A DNA stretch of 64,000 nucleotides from NCBI GenBank assembly GCA_022827055.1, contig JAJDTR010000165.1, positions 17,682 through 81,681 on the forward strand, given 5' to 3'. Positions within the stretch are counted from its first letter, which is position 1, and each line of letters starts with the position of its first letter. This DNA comes from Candidatus Poribacteria bacterium. Lineage in GTDB: Bacteria > Poribacteria > WGA-4E > JAJDTR01. Positions 19,408 to 29,954 of the stretch are shown piece by piece. The translations under genes were made by a program, and so were the position numbers. The notes beneath the pieces are model-generated. The model was not told the origin of the DNA and ran no database searches. It saw only the letters and a program-made list of their open reading frames with translations.

Positions 19408-22137
19408 CTACATCGAAAGCCCCAACAACCCTCGCGTAAACTGGAAATCGGTATTCCCTTTCCCGTAGAGTTTGGGGGTATACCGGCGGGAGGCGACGTG
19501 GAGAATCACATCAAGCATCTGGCTCGAAAAAGACTCCGGCGACCAATCGTCACTGGAGGGCACCACATCGAGGTCTTCCTCGTAGATAGAACCCGTCGTC
19601 TCATCCGTCGTCACCTGAACCAGCGGAATCATGCGGTGCGATTGTAGAGGGTGTCCCACAATATGAGCCAGCACAAGGTCCACGCCGGTCGCTCCCAACC
19701 CCGTTAGGGTTTCGACCGGATGATCCGTTGGCGTTTCCATGACGTGCAGTCCTGCACTGCCTATTTCTTGTCCATAGGCAAGCGTGTTTCTTAGTTCTTG
19801 ATCCTGGAGCACCGCCTCCAAATAAACGGGTGAAGTCAAGAATGTTGCGTTGGCAGGGGCGACGACCGTGCCGCCAGCCCCGGCAACTTCCTGAGTCAAC
19901 CGTGCGAGACTCTTAGCAACCCTCTCGGTGACTTTTCCGATTGAAGTCAATCCCAGACGCAAATGCTCCAAGCCCGCGTCGGCGCGGCGGGGCACCGGCA
20001 TTGATTCCAATGCGTCTTCAAACCAGCGCTCCACTTTCTCCGTCACCGCTTCGATCCCGCCGTCCATCTGAATGCTTGCCCAGCCGTAACGGCTGCTGTC
20101 AATTCCGTGCGTTTCAAGCGCGTGCAATACATGGTCGTTGTGCGTCTTTTCACATCCGTGCTCCAAGAGCAATCCGAGGCCGACGGTCGGGTGGGTGAGA
20201 TGTCCCACGAGCGTCCGCGTGTAAATCTCCTCCGTTTGTCCGCTCGACACGCCGCAGCCCTCCGTGTGCACCAACGCGACATAGCGCGAAATCCCTTTGT
20301 CCCTTCCCAGTTCGCGGTCATTGAGACGATTGGCAATCATCTGGGCAATCTGCCCGGAGCAGAGGCTCGTCGGCAGAATCAAGCCGATCTGGTCACTGCG
20401 ATGGCTGTCTTCCACTTGAAGCGCGTGAAATGTGTGGCTCTGGACCGGTGCATCGACCTTGACGGGGATGGATGTGCCGTCTCGCATTTCGGAGACAGCC
20501 GCGACCGAATCCAAATCCGTTGGTGCCGTCTGCTTCCAATCTCTCCACAATGACACTTGGGAATGTCCCGCCCTTTCCCCGACAGACCGTTCGCCGGACG
20601 CAACATCAATCATGAGATTGAGCGTCTCCTCCCCCAGCACTTCCATGGATGTCCCGTCAAGATACGCTCCCGCGTTTACATCCATATCCTTTTCCAGCAT
20701 ATTATATCTGTCGGTGGTGGTCACGATCTTAATTGTCGGAACAAACGGAAAGTTGGTGATTGAGCCGTTGCCCGTCACGAAGAAAATCATGTTTGCCCCC
20801 GACGCCACCTGTCCCGCGATGCTCTCAAGGTCGTTCCCCGGGCTGTCCATAAAGTAGTAGCCCGGATCGGACATCAACTGGCTGTAATCTATTACGTGGT
20901 CCAAGCGAACATCGGGGTTCCGCTTCATTGCTGCGCCGATTGACTTGATGGCGATGTTGTACAACCCTCTAAAATTGTTGCCGCCGCTGGGATTTCCCTC
21001 GGCGGAGTGACCGTGCCAACTGGCGCGCTCTTTGAATCGTTCGATTGTATCCAGGAACTTCGACGCCGTCTCCAAATCCTTGACATTCTGGAGCACATAG
21101 TGTTCCGCCCCCATGAGTTCGTCCGTTTCCGCGAGGTTGGCTGCCCCGCCGTAGCGGATGACCTCTTTGGCGACATACGCGGCGAGCGGATTGCCCGACA
21201 CGCCGGAGAATGCATCTGACCCTCCGCACTGGAGAGCGATCTTGATGTTCGACAGAGGCTGTCTTGTGCGCTTCATCGCATTGACCGGATTCAGCCAACC
21301 CTTGAGGATTGCACTACCGTTCTCCAAGTTCGCGTCAAAACCGCCCCGTATGCTCAGAAAATGATGTATTACATGATCAAGTGGGTAACCCTGTTTGATT
21401 AGATAATCCTGCAGCATCCGATTCGTCACGGCTTCCGATCCGTAGTCAACGGCTAGAACCGCCCCGACGTTCGGATGAACCATGAAACCGGCGAGCGTGC
21501 GCAGCAGCATGTCGAGGTTGTTGGGCGTCCTACCCTCTCCGCCCTCGGTATGTGCCACGGCGATAACCCCGTCAATGTTTTCACAATCCGCGGCGGCATC
21601 CTTCATTCGGCTCACCAAGGCGTTGACGAAACTGGAGGTCTGCGAAGTTGTGCCCATGACCACAATGTAATTTCGCGTTCCAACGCCGCGGTCGCCCTCC
21701 CGCCGGTAGCCTTCGAAAAATTTGATGTCGTCATATCGGGACAAAGACGTACCCGGCCGGAAATTCTCCTCATCAAGATGGTACGTGATAATCTCATCTC
21801 TGAAGTTGGGCTGCGCTGGCAAATCAAAGTCGAGATGCCGCAAGGACAGCGAGTCAATCATCTTCTGATTGCACACATAGTCGCCCGGTTGAATCTGCGA
21901 GATTGCAAAACCGAACGGCAGCCCCCATGAAAGCAGTGCTTCGCTCACCGGAATTCGTTTGATAGCGAACCGATGCCCCTCCAGAATGGTGTGGGACAGC
22001 TTAAAATATTCTCCATTAAAATTTAATCCCGAATTCGCTTCCAATCGACACGTAGCGATTGCCACGTTATCGCTTGGAGCCGGCAGCCGCGCGATGTCGT
22101 TAAAGTTGTATCGTTCGTTCATTTTCCTCTTCTCCAA
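19408..22137 (-). CDS. UxaA/GarD-family (altronate/galactarate) dehydratase-like protein with an extra divergent C-terminal repeat (909 aa)
   Basis: N-terminal SAF domain, then a GD_AH_C-like core (HTEGGEG, LQCGGSDAFSG). A second divergent copy carries HTEGCGVSSG and LEHGCEKTHND. Confidence 0.7.
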   Translation of the reverse strand: MEKRKMNERYNFNDIARLPAPSDNVAIATCRLEANSGLNFNGEYFKLSHTILEGHRFAIKRIPVSEALLSWGLPFGFAISQIQPGDYVCNQKMIDSLSLRHLDFDLPAQPNFRDEIITYHLDEENFRPGTSLSRYDDIKFFEGYRREGDRGVGTRNYIVVMGTTSQTSSFVNALVSRMKDAAADCENIDGVIAVAHTEGGEGRTPNNLDMLLRTLAGFMVHPNVGAVLAVDYGSEAVTNRMLQDYLIKQGYPLDHVIHHFLSIRGGFDANLENGSAILKGWLNPVNAMKRTRQPLSNIKIALQCGGSDAFSGVSGNPLAAYVAKEVIRYGGAANLAETDELMGAEHYVLQNVKDLETASKFLDTIERFKERASWHGHSAEGNPSGGNNFRGLYNIAIKSIGAAMKRNPDVRLDHVIDYSQLMSDPGYYFMDSPGNDLESIAGQVASGANMIFFVTGNGSITNFPFVPTIKIVTTTDRYNMLEKDMDVNAGAYLDGTSMEVLGEETLNLMIDVASGERSVGERAGHSQVSLWRDWKQTAPTDLDSVAAVSEMRDGTSIPVKVDAPVQSHTFHALQVEDSHRSDQIGLILPTSLCSGQIAQMIANRLNDRELGRDKGISRYVALVHTEGCGVSSGQTEEIYTRTLVGHLTHPTVGLGLLLEHGCEKTHNDHVLHALETHGIDSSRYGWASIQMDGGIEAVTEKVERWFEDALESMPVPRRADAGLEHLRLGLTSIGKVTERVAKSLARLTQEVAGAGGTVVAPANATFLTSPVYLEAVLQDQELRNTLAYGQEIGSAGLHVMETPTDHPVETLTGLGATGVDLVLAHIVGHPLQSHRMIPLVQVTTDETTGSIYEEDLDVVPSSDDWSPESFSSQMLDVILHVASRRYTPKLYGKGNTDFQFTRGLLGLSM

Positions 22138-22206
22138 TTCTGTTGTATATTCTTTGCATCAAGATAAGGAATTATGCGTAAACGTCAAATTTGCTCATCT
22201 TACGCA

Positions 22207-22797
22207 TTACGTATTACGCACTATTTTTTTGTAAATGGTGACCTCCATGGCGTCGCGCTTCACCCATGGCAATTCCGTGTCAAACCAGCACGTTTGGCAG
22301 TCGTAGCGGGAACGAACATGCTCAAGGTAATCCGCCATGCTATCCGCGCCAATACCGACATTATCCGCGACGACGGTCGCCCCATCCACGAGACGAGGTT
22401 CTATCGCCTGAAAGCAGGGGAAGTAGTTGCTGAAATTATTATCAAGCAGAAGGAAATCGACAGGAGCGGTGATGGTTTGCAGCACGTCAATAGCGTTGCC
22501 GATTCGAGAATCAACCAGATCGCCGAACCCGGCGCGATCAAAATGTGCCTGCGCATCACGGGCGCGGTCCGGGTCGATTTCCACGGTTATCAATCTACCT
22601 TTGCCCGCGGCTTTGAGTTTCTCTAGCATCCACAATCCCGAATATCCAATCGCCGTTCCGCATTCCACGATAAGGGAAGGTCGTGCCTTTTCGACGAACG
22701 TCGTGAGAAACTCGGCTTTCTCCGGGCCTAACATCGGTATGCCCTCTTCTCGGCATCGTTTGTCTACCTCCTGAAGAACTTCATCGAAGATTGTCAT
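22207..22797 (-). CDS. class I SAM-dependent O-methyltransferase (family 3, caffeoyl-CoA OMT-like)
   Basis: SAM motif LIVECGTAIGYSG plus VEIDPDRA and LLDNNFSNY. Confidence 0.8.
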   Translation of the reverse strand: MTIFDEVLQEVDKRCREEGIPMLGPEKAEFLTTFVEKARPSLIVECGTAIGYSGLWMLEKLKAAGKGRLITVEIDPDRARDAQAHFDRAGFGDLVDSRIGNAIDVLQTITAPVDFLLLDNNFSNYFPCFQAIEPRLVDGATVVADNVGIGADSMADYLEHVRSRYDCQTCWFDTELPWVKRDAMEVTIYKKIVRNT

Positions 22798-22892
22798 CTT
22801 GCGCTCCCATTATCCGAATCAGAATTGTATGGCTATCTTTGTAGGGGCGAACCCCTGTGTTCGCCCTTTTGTAACGGGACGGCACCGGGGCC

Positions 22893-23190
22893 GTCCCCCA
22901 TATCAAATGCGATTGCCTTACTCCTAGGCACAGGGGAAACGCATCTAAATTATTTACTCGACAAAAAAGAGAATCGGGCTAAGTTTGTGATAATTTTCTT
23001 AGGGGTTGTAGGTTGGGTTGAACGGCATTCCGTTAATAATCGCCAATCTTAGAGGAGTTTGCGAGTTCCCGCTTTGCCTTAACGTGCCAAAATTAGAGTG
23101 AAACCCAACATTAATCGTACATTCTTCCACCATGAGACACCCTGTATAATTAGATGCGTTTCCCCTGCTCCTAGGCACAAATCCCGTTGA
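22893..23190. mobile_element. MITE-like element, family 2. About 33-bp terminal inverted repeats TTGTGCCTAGGAGCAGGGGAAACGCATCTAATTA flank a roughly 230-bp core
   Basis: The left TIR sits at 22893-22945 and the right at 23140-23190. A second copy of the core plus right TIR is at 47520-47700. Confidence 0.45.
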
Positions 23191-23268
23191 CTTCCGACCT
23201 GCCTCCTGCTACAATACCATCCAATTCAGACACTCCGACTAAAAGGGTTCGGATTTGCGAATAGGAGA

Positions 23269-23601
23269 GTGAGAATGCCGTCTAAAGAGGAACTTTACGA
23301 TCAAGCGTTAACCCACTTCGGAAACGACGAACTAGATGATGCCGTGGCTGCATTCATCGAATTGATTGAACAATATCCCGACTATATTGATGGGCCTATC
23401 GGACTTGGGCACGCTTACGAACGTCAAGGGAAATACGACGAAGCAATCCAAGCGATAAAAAAAGCTATTGAGATGGATCCTTCGGACCCCTTGGTCTACA
23501 CTAGCCTGTCCGTATGCTATCAGCGCAAAGGCATGATCCAAGAAGCCGAGGACGCTATGGCGAAGTCCCAAGAGTTGCAGATGGCTTCAAATCTGTCTTA
23601 G
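23269..23601 (+). CDS. tetratricopeptide-repeat protein
   Basis: Three TPR-like 34-residue units (AVAAFIELIEQYPDY..., GLGHAYERQGKYDEAI...). Confidence 0.6.
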   Translation: MRMPSKEELYDQALTHFGNDELDDAVAAFIELIEQYPDYIDGPIGLGHAYERQGKYDEAIQAIKKAIEMDPSDPLVYTSLSVCYQRKGMIQEAEDAMAKSQELQMASNLS

Positions 23602-23632
23602 CGAAACGCATTTGGATTGAGCCTGCGTTTTT
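23602..23632 (+). terminator. putative rho-independent terminator after the TPR gene
   Basis: 7-bp stem AAACGCA/TGCGTTT followed by TTTTT. Confidence 0.35.
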
Positions 23633-23637
23633 GACAG

Positions 23638-25905
23638 CTACGCACCGCGCACCGACTTCAGCCGTAAAGAATTCGTTACGACGAACACCGAACTACACGC
23701 CATCGCGCCAGCCGCAACCATCGGATTCAGAAGGAAACCGTTCAGAATCGGATACAACACGCCCGCCGCAATCGGTATACCCAGTACATTATAGAAAAAC
23801 GCCCAAAAAAGGTTCCACCGAATGGTCCGGAACGTTCTGTAACTCAACTTGATTGCAGTAACGACGTTCATCAAATCGCCTTTGATCAGGGTGATGTCCG
23901 CCGTCTCGATTGCGATGTCCGTCCCCGTGCCTATCGCAATCCCCACGTCGGCGTGCGCCAGGGCGGGGGCGTCATTTATTCCGTCGCCAACCATCGCGAC
24001 CACCTTACCCGTCTTCTGCAATTCACGGACACGGTTCGCTTTGTCCTCCGGCAGCACCTCCGCTTGAAACCGATCAATCCCCACCGTCTCTGCAATCGTG
24101 CGCGCGGCATTCTCGTTATCGCCCGTCAACATCACGGTTTCCAATCTCATATCTCTCAGCGCACCCACGGCTGCGGTGGCTTGCGCCGTGAGCGGATCGG
24201 CAATCGCAATCAATCCGGCAATCCGTTTGTCGATGGCAACCCAAACGAGTGTTTTTCCTTCGTGTGACAGTTTAGATTCCATTTTAATGCCGTCCGTGGG
24301 CAATTCCACACCAACATCCTCCATTAACCGACGATTGCCAATATGCACAAGCTGATCGTTGACAGTGGCTCGAATCCCGTGTCCGGCGATGGCTTCAAAA
24401 TCGTGGAGGTTTTCGACCACCTCTTCGTTCGCCAATCGAGCATCCGGGAAACGATTTGCATACGCACGGACGATGGCTTGTGACAGCGGGTGTTCGGACC
24501 TCGACTCAACTGTCGCCGCAATCGACAACATATCTGCTTCTTGATGTCCGGAGAATGTCAGCACCTCAAGGACGGTCGGTTCGCCTCGCGTCAGCGTACC
24601 CGTTTTGTCAAAGGCGATCGTTGTGACGCGATGCACCGTCTCAAGGCTCTCGCCCCCCTTGATGAGGACGCCCAACTCCGCGCCTCGTCCGGTCCCGACT
24701 ACTATAGCCGTCGGCGTTGCCAGCCCTAGCGCACAGGGGCAGGCGATAATCATTACCGCGATGAAATTCTGCAATGCCAACGTGAAACTTGGACCAACCA
24801 ACATCCAAACGACAAACGTCAACGCGGCAATCCCAATGACAATCGGCACGAAGATTCCGGCAATCCGATCGGCGAGGCGCTGCACCGGCGCTTTCGATCC
24901 TTGCGCATCTTCAACCAACGCGATGATTTGCGCCACCACGGTGTCTTCACCAATCTTGGTGGCTTCAAAGACAAAACTCCCCATTTTGTTGACTGTTCCG
25001 CCAATCACCTCGTCCCGCACTTTCTTGGGCACCGGCATAGCTTCGCCCGTCAGCATCGATTCATCGACCGTTGAATTCCCATCCTGTACAACGCCATCGA
25101 CGGGAATTTTCTCGCCCGGACGCACCACGATCCGATCCCCCACCACTAACTTTTCAATCGGAATTTCGATTTCCGAGCCATCGCGCAGGGTGTGTGCGCT
25201 TTTTGGCTGTAGACCGACCAGTTTCTTGACCGCCTCCGAAGTGCGCCCCTTTGCTCGTGTCTCCAAGAATCTGCCGACGAGGATGAGCGTGATAATCATC
25301 GCGGCGGTTTCATAGTAGTTTGCTCCGCTGGGCGTCGACGAAAGGAACGACGCAACCGTCACAATCAAACTGTACCCGTAAGCGGCGAAGGTGCCGACGC
25401 TGACGAGCACGTTCATGTCGGCGGAGAGGCGTTTTAGCGCGTTATACGCCCCTCTATGGAAATGCCAGCCTGCCCAAAACTGGATAGGCGTCGTCAAGAT
25501 AAGGAGGAGAGCTAGTTTCAAACGGAGGGCGGATGGGGCGTCCGGATGATAGAACATTAGCCCCATTGAGAGGAGGGAGACGATTGCACCAACGACAATC
25601 TTCCGCTTCAGTCGCGTAAGTTCAAGACGATGAGCTTCCTCCTGCGCCGCGATTCGTGCTTCCCGCGACTCCATTACCACCATCGGCTCATAGCCCGCGT
25701 CAACGATTGCTCGTCGGAGCGTTTCGAAACCGGATAGCGACTCATCGTAGGTTACGTTTGCCTGTTCCGTGCTAAAGTTGACGTTTGCAGTCGAGACGCC
25801 GGGTACTGCTCTCAGCGCCTTTTCAACTTTCGCCACACAAGCCGCGCAGTGCATTCCCTCAATAGCGATTGTCGCCTTGCGAAGAGAAACCCTCGTATCG
25901 TCCAT
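23638..25905 (-). CDS. copA: copper-translocating P1B-type ATPase
   Basis: N-terminal [18 protein letters not shown] ([11 protein letters not shown]), DKTGTLT and GDGINDAP motifs. Confidence 0.9.
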   Translation of the reverse strand: MDDTRVSLRKATIAIEGMHCAACVAKVEKALRAVPGVSTANVNFSTEQANVTYDESLSGFETLRRAIVDAGYEPMVVMESREARIAAQEEAHRLELTRLKRKIVVGAIVSLLSMGLMFYHPDAPSALRLKLALLLILTTPIQFWAGWHFHRGAYNALKRLSADMNVLVSVGTFAAYGYSLIVTVASFLSSTPSGANYYETAAMIITLILVGRFLETRAKGRTSEAVKKLVGLQPKSAHTLRDGSEIEIPIEKLVVGDRIVVRPGEKIPVDGVVQDGNSTVDESMLTGEAMPVPKKVRDEVIGGTVNKMGSFVFEATKIGEDTVVAQIIALVEDAQGSKAPVQRLADRIAGIFVPIVIGIAALTFVVWMLVGPSFTLALQNFIAVMIIACPCALGLATPTAIVVGTGRGAELGVLIKGGESLETVHRVTTIAFDKTGTLTRGEPTVLEVLTFSGHQEADMLSIAATVESRSEHPLSQAIVRAYANRFPDARLANEEVVENLHDFEAIAGHGIRATVNDQLVHIGNRRLMEDVGVELPTDGIKMESKLSHEGKTLVWVAIDKRIAGLIAIADPLTAQATAAVGALRDMRLETVMLTGDNENAARTIAETVGIDRFQAEVLPEDKANRVRELQKTGKVVAMVGDGINDAPALAHADVGIAIGTGTDIAIETADITLIKGDLMNVVTAIKLSYRTFRTIRWNLFWAFFYNVLGIPIAAGVLYPILNGFLLNPMVAAGAMACSSVFVVTNSLRLKSVRGA

Positions 25906-25956
25906 TGGTGTGCGATCATTCGTAATGGATAGCTTTTTTTACGTATTACGATCAAG

Positions 25957-26015
25957 CGACTGAATTAGGAGATCAAGCAAGTGAATAGCGCGCGCGATAG
26001 TAAATCCTGCGATAG
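25957..26015. repeat. two tandem copies of the dispersed GATCAAGCGA...GCGATAG element
   Basis: gatcaagcgactgaattaggag / atcaagcaagtgaatagcgcgcgcgatagtaaatcctgcgatag. Confidence 0.45.
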
Positions 26016-26047
26016 CTACCTTATTACGCATTATTTCTATCCTAAGC

Positions 26048-27136
26048 TCAACTGCCTCGCTTCAAAGGGTGCTCCCGATTCTTAATCGGAAACTCGACGC
26101 GCGAACCGCAGAGCTGCGATTCGTACGCCCCAACAATCATCTCGAGGGCAGCGACGGCGTCTTCGGCGCTGGAAACGGGTTTTCCATCATTCTCGATTGC
26201 ATCAATCAGGTCCATAATGGCGAGCTGGTTGCCGCTAGTTATCCCGTCACCCTCAACCGTAGGTGGATCGCAGATTTGTACAAGTTCCCCCTTTTTCGAC
26301 TCATCGCTCGGCGACCAGCCGGCATCCGGATAGACCGTCACCGAATTTGGTCCCCCGCCCGGAATTAAGACGCCTTCGCTGCCTAGAATCTCCGTACCGC
26401 CTCTACCGAACTGGTCTTTCCGTGAATCGTACAGACCGGACACACCGCTCTTGAAGGCGAAATAGCTATTGACGCAATCGCCAGCCACCGGTCCAACAGG
26501 TTCCGATCCTTCCCAAGCATCGTCTATCGTAATTTCCCTTCCATTAACGGTAATATGCGCATGCATCCAGTCGACATCTCCGACAAGGAAACGCATCATA
26601 TTGAACGTGTGGGTTCCGAGCGTAATCATGTCCTCGCCGCCGCCACGCCCATCCTGCTTGCCGTGCACGTAGATGGCTTGCACATCGCCTATTATGCCCT
26701 CCGCCAGCTTCTTTTTGAGCGCCTGAGTCGCCGGGGCATACACCCCCTGATGCGCCACCGCAATCTTCAACCCCTTCTCTTGTGCGGCGCTGACAATGGC
26801 GTCCCCGTCGGCGAGCGTGGCGGTCATCGGCTTTTCGCAGTAGATATGGCAGCCGGCGTCAAGGCAGGCGGGTACCAGTTCGAGGTGTGCGGGAATCCAG
26901 CGCGGGCACACGCTCACGATATCCAAATCCTCTTTGGCGAGCATGTCGCGGTAATCGGAATAGTCGCGCAGCGCCCCCGTCTCCTCCACCGCTTTCTTCC
27001 GTCCGGCGTCGTCCGGATCGGCGACGGCGATAAACTCGACATTCTCCAAGTTCTTGTAAGCGACATGCAGTCCATGACCGTAATTTCCGGCGCCTGTATG
27101 CCCGATGGCAGCGGCGCGATATGTCTTTTCACCCAT
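26048..27136 (-). CDS. Gfo/Idh/MocA-family NAD(P)-dependent oxidoreductase
   Basis: Rossmann N-terminus AAIGHTGAGNYGHG after an aggagaaa RBS. Start chosen at the internal ATG 27136. Confidence 0.8.
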   Translation of the reverse strand: MGEKTYRAAAIGHTGAGNYGHGLHVAYKNLENVEFIAVADPDDAGRKKAVEETGALRDYSDYRDMLAKEDLDIVSVCPRWIPAHLELVPACLDAGCHIYCEKPMTATLADGDAIVSAAQEKGLKIAVAHQGVYAPATQALKKKLAEGIIGDVQAIYVHGKQDGRGGGEDMITLGTHTFNMMRFLVGDVDWMHAHITVNGREITIDDAWEGSEPVGPVAGDCVNSYFAFKSGVSGLYDSRKDQFGRGGTEILGSEGVLIPGGGPNSVTVYPDAGWSPSDESKKGELVQICDPPTVEGDGITSGNQLAIMDLIDAIENDGKPVSSAEDAVAALEMIVGAYESQLCGSRVEFPIKNREHPLKRGS

Positions 27137-27192
27137 GAAAATTTCTCCTCTAGTTTGTATGAGATTCGTCCCCAAGAAAGCTGGCAAATCTT

Positions 27193-28242
27193 CTAGAACG
27201 GCAATTCAAGATTCTGCGTCCTTACGGCGGCAGCTTTGGGCGTCAATGCGCCGAGCGGTTCCTCTCCATTTAACACGCGCACAAAATCATCCACGATCAT
27301 ATCCGCGACCCTCAGATTCGCATCCTTGGTTCTCCCGGCGATATGCGGCGTGTGCACCACGTTGTCGCGTCCACGGAGCGGGTCATCCACGGGCAACGGT
27401 TCAACGTCGTAGACATCAAACGCTCCCGCCAATTCATCGGCGAGGATACGCTCCCGCAGTGCATCCATATCTACGGCGAACGCACGCGTAATCGCAACAA
27501 CCAAGGCGCCTTTACGCAGGCGATAAATCCGTTCGCGAGAAAGCAGATGGCGTGACGACGGCGTCGGCGGTACCGCTATGAATACGATTTCAGCTTCGCT
27601 AACGAGCATGTCCATATCGACAGAACGTACATCCCACTCCTTGAACAGGGATTCATCCACGAAGGGGTCGTAACCGTCAACTGTTGCGCCAAAAGCCCTG
27701 CACCACTGGGCAATCTTCCTGCCAATCTGTCCCAACCCAACAACCCCGATATGCTTCGTCCCCAAATCTCCGTTCACAAAATCCGGCGCGTCACAGAATT
27801 GACCGTAAGCGTACGTCCACAAAGGTTCCCTGTTCACCATTCGATGATGCCATTGCGCCGTGCGTCTCAGCGACGCCAATGCCAATCCGAAAGCGCACTC
27901 GGCGACCGATTGCGCCCAAGCGCGTGTCGATTCAATAAGCGGGATATTCCTCGCCCGCAACGCGTCAAACGGATCTCTTGTGCCGGTATTGTCCTCCATC
28001 GTGCCTACTACCTGCAGCTTGGGCGCCCTAGCCACACATTCGGCTGTCAAGTTACCGCCAAAACGGGCGATTCCCACGACATTCTCAAGTTCAATCTGTT
28101 GATGAATCGGTTCCTTGCTCTCTGTGTTAAGCACGAGCGTGGTACCCAATTCATCTAGGCGCGTGACCATGCGCTCGTGTAGAAATGGCCAAGATTTCTC
28201 CAATCCGGGGTGACGCGTAAACAGAAACTGATTTTCAGACAT
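27193..28242 (-). CDS. D-isomer-specific 2-hydroxyacid dehydrogenase family protein
   Basis: NAD-binding GVVGLGQIGRKIA with a catalytic His/Glu/Arg pattern. Start chosen at MSENQ. Confidence 0.8.
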   Translation of the reverse strand: MSENQFLFTRHPGLEKSWPFLHERMVTRLDELGTTLVLNTESKEPIHQQIELENVVGIARFGGNLTAECVARAPKLQVVGTMEDNTGTRDPFDALRARNIPLIESTRAWAQSVAECAFGLALASLRRTAQWHHRMVNREPLWTYAYGQFCDAPDFVNGDLGTKHIGVVGLGQIGRKIAQWCRAFGATVDGYDPFVDESLFKEWDVRSVDMDMLVSEAEIVFIAVPPTPSSRHLLSRERIYRLRKGALVVAITRAFAVDMDALRERILADELAGAFDVYDVEPLPVDDPLRGRDNVVHTPHIAGRTKDANLRVADMIVDDFVRVLNGEEPLGALTPKAAAVRTQNLELPF

Positions 28243-28429
28243 TAAGTGAACTCCGTTTCCTAACAAGATAATGTGAAAAACTACGACTGAATTGCGAAAG
28301 TCCTAGCGAAAGAACGTCAACACTCAAGGATTGCGTGGAAGGCGAATCTTCCAACCCTCCACACTTCCATTCTTCCAATCCTACTCTTCCTAACCGCCTT
28401 GGAAGATAAACTTCAACTTGGCGACTTGC

Positions 28430-29485
28430 CTACACCCAACCGTGCTCGCGCGTTATCGGTGAACCGGACGTTTGTGTCGTCCAATTCAAACCGCTCTCCA
28501 GCAGCACTTCCTGTCCTGTTATTGCCGATTCCTCAGCCGCAAACAGGATTTCCATGATGTGACGCCCCCACTCACCGTGAGCGGGTGGCTCTATGTCCTG
28601 TTGAATGGCTTCGACAAACGCTTTCCATTCGTTCTGGAATTGAGCCGGCGGATCGTCAAACGGCACGTCCTCCCATTTGTCGTCCTTACCAACCTTGACG
28701 AACTTTTCGCCGTGCTGGCTGAATCTTAGCGATCCGTTGGCGCAGATAACGTGGCACTCGTAGCTCGGCGCACCGTCCGCGTAGCCTACCGATACGGCAA
28801 CACCCGCCAGTCCATTCTTGTACCGAATGAACGCCGTAGCGGAGTCGTCGCCCGCCTGATAGTGCGCCCGCGTACCGATAGATGCGGATACGGAAACCGC
28901 CTGCGACGCCATCACCCATGTCAGACGGTCGACCACGTGAACACCGTTTGACAGCCACATGCCGCCGCCGTGGTAGCGGCTGCGGTACTGCGGGGGACGT
29001 CCCGAGAATCCCCATTTTTTGGACATGTAGCACACGGCGGTGACCAGTGGTCCCAACTCGCCCGAATCAAGAATCTCTTTCGCCTTTAGGCTTGTTCCAT
29101 AAAAGTGCTGCGTCTGGCCGACCATCAGCTTGACACCGTTGGCAGAAGCGGCTTCGATCATGTCGTCGCACTGCTCCAGGCTAATCGCCATCGGCTTTTC
29201 GACCAACACGTGCTTGCCGGCATTGCAAGCGTCCACGGTAAGGCGGTGATGGAGTTGATGTCCCAACGTGACAGCTACGGCGTCAATGTCATCGTCCTTC
29301 AAGAGTTCGGTATGAGTGCCGTACCCCTTGGGAATGCTGTATTTCTCCATGTACTCTCGCCGCTTTTCCTCGAAGAGATCCGCGACAGCGAGGACTTCAA
29401 CCTGATCGCGGAGCTGCGCGATAGCATCGCAGTGGGAGCGAGCGATTCCGCCGCAACCGATGATTCCAACCCGTAGCTTACTCAT
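28430..29485 (-). CDS. Gfo/Idh/MocA-family oxidoreductase
   Basis: VGIIGCGGIARSH Rossmann motif with an aaggag RBS. Start at MSKLRVG. Confidence 0.8.
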   Translation of the reverse strand: MSKLRVGIIGCGGIARSHCDAIAQLRDQVEVLAVADLFEEKRREYMEKYSIPKGYGTHTELLKDDDIDAVAVTLGHQLHHRLTVDACNAGKHVLVEKPMAISLEQCDDMIEAASANGVKLMVGQTQHFYGTSLKAKEILDSGELGPLVTAVCYMSKKWGFSGRPPQYRSRYHGGGMWLSNGVHVVDRLTWVMASQAVSVSASIGTRAHYQAGDDSATAFIRYKNGLAGVAVSVGYADGAPSYECHVICANGSLRFSQHGEKFVKVGKDDKWEDVPFDDPPAQFQNEWKAFVEAIQQDIEPPAHGEWGRHIMEILFAAEESAITGQEVLLESGLNWTTQTSGSPITREHGWV

Positions 29486-29764
29486 GAATTCTACTTTCTC
29501 CTTGTCTTTTGACTGATTGAAGTGGCAATGACACAAGTTAAAGGATGTACTTTTGTCTGAAAATTTCCGCGTCCAATTTTGAGTTATACTTCACGCTGCT
29601 GGAAGTTGCGTGTTTTCAAGGGATCCTATCCCGATGGCGATTGATTCCCGTACCACGATCTGTTAGATTGTGATCGCATCTGTACGATGACAGATGCCTA
29701 CGTCATGCTATCTGTGCCAGTAAAGCGTCCAAATCCGCTTGGATGAGGCGGAGATAGCTATCAA

Positions 29765-29850
29765 TCATCTGATATCAACCGACTGAACAACAAGCGCGAT
29801 AGGAATCCGATAGCCAATCCTGCGATAGGCCCTTTAGAAATCCCACAGAA
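29765..29850. repeat. dispersed GATCAAsCGA...GCGATAG element copy with trailing GCGATAG/ttagaaatccc motifs
   Basis: atatcaaccgactgaacaacaagcgcgataggaatccgatagccaatcctgcgatagg... Confidence 0.45.
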
Positions 29851-29954
29851 ATCGCTATTCACTGCCCGTCTACGGTTTTAGGGCTTTTACTGACCACTAG
29901 CCACTTACAGGCGTCCGAATGCGCAACTCCTAAATTGTTTGGGCGACCTGTTTG

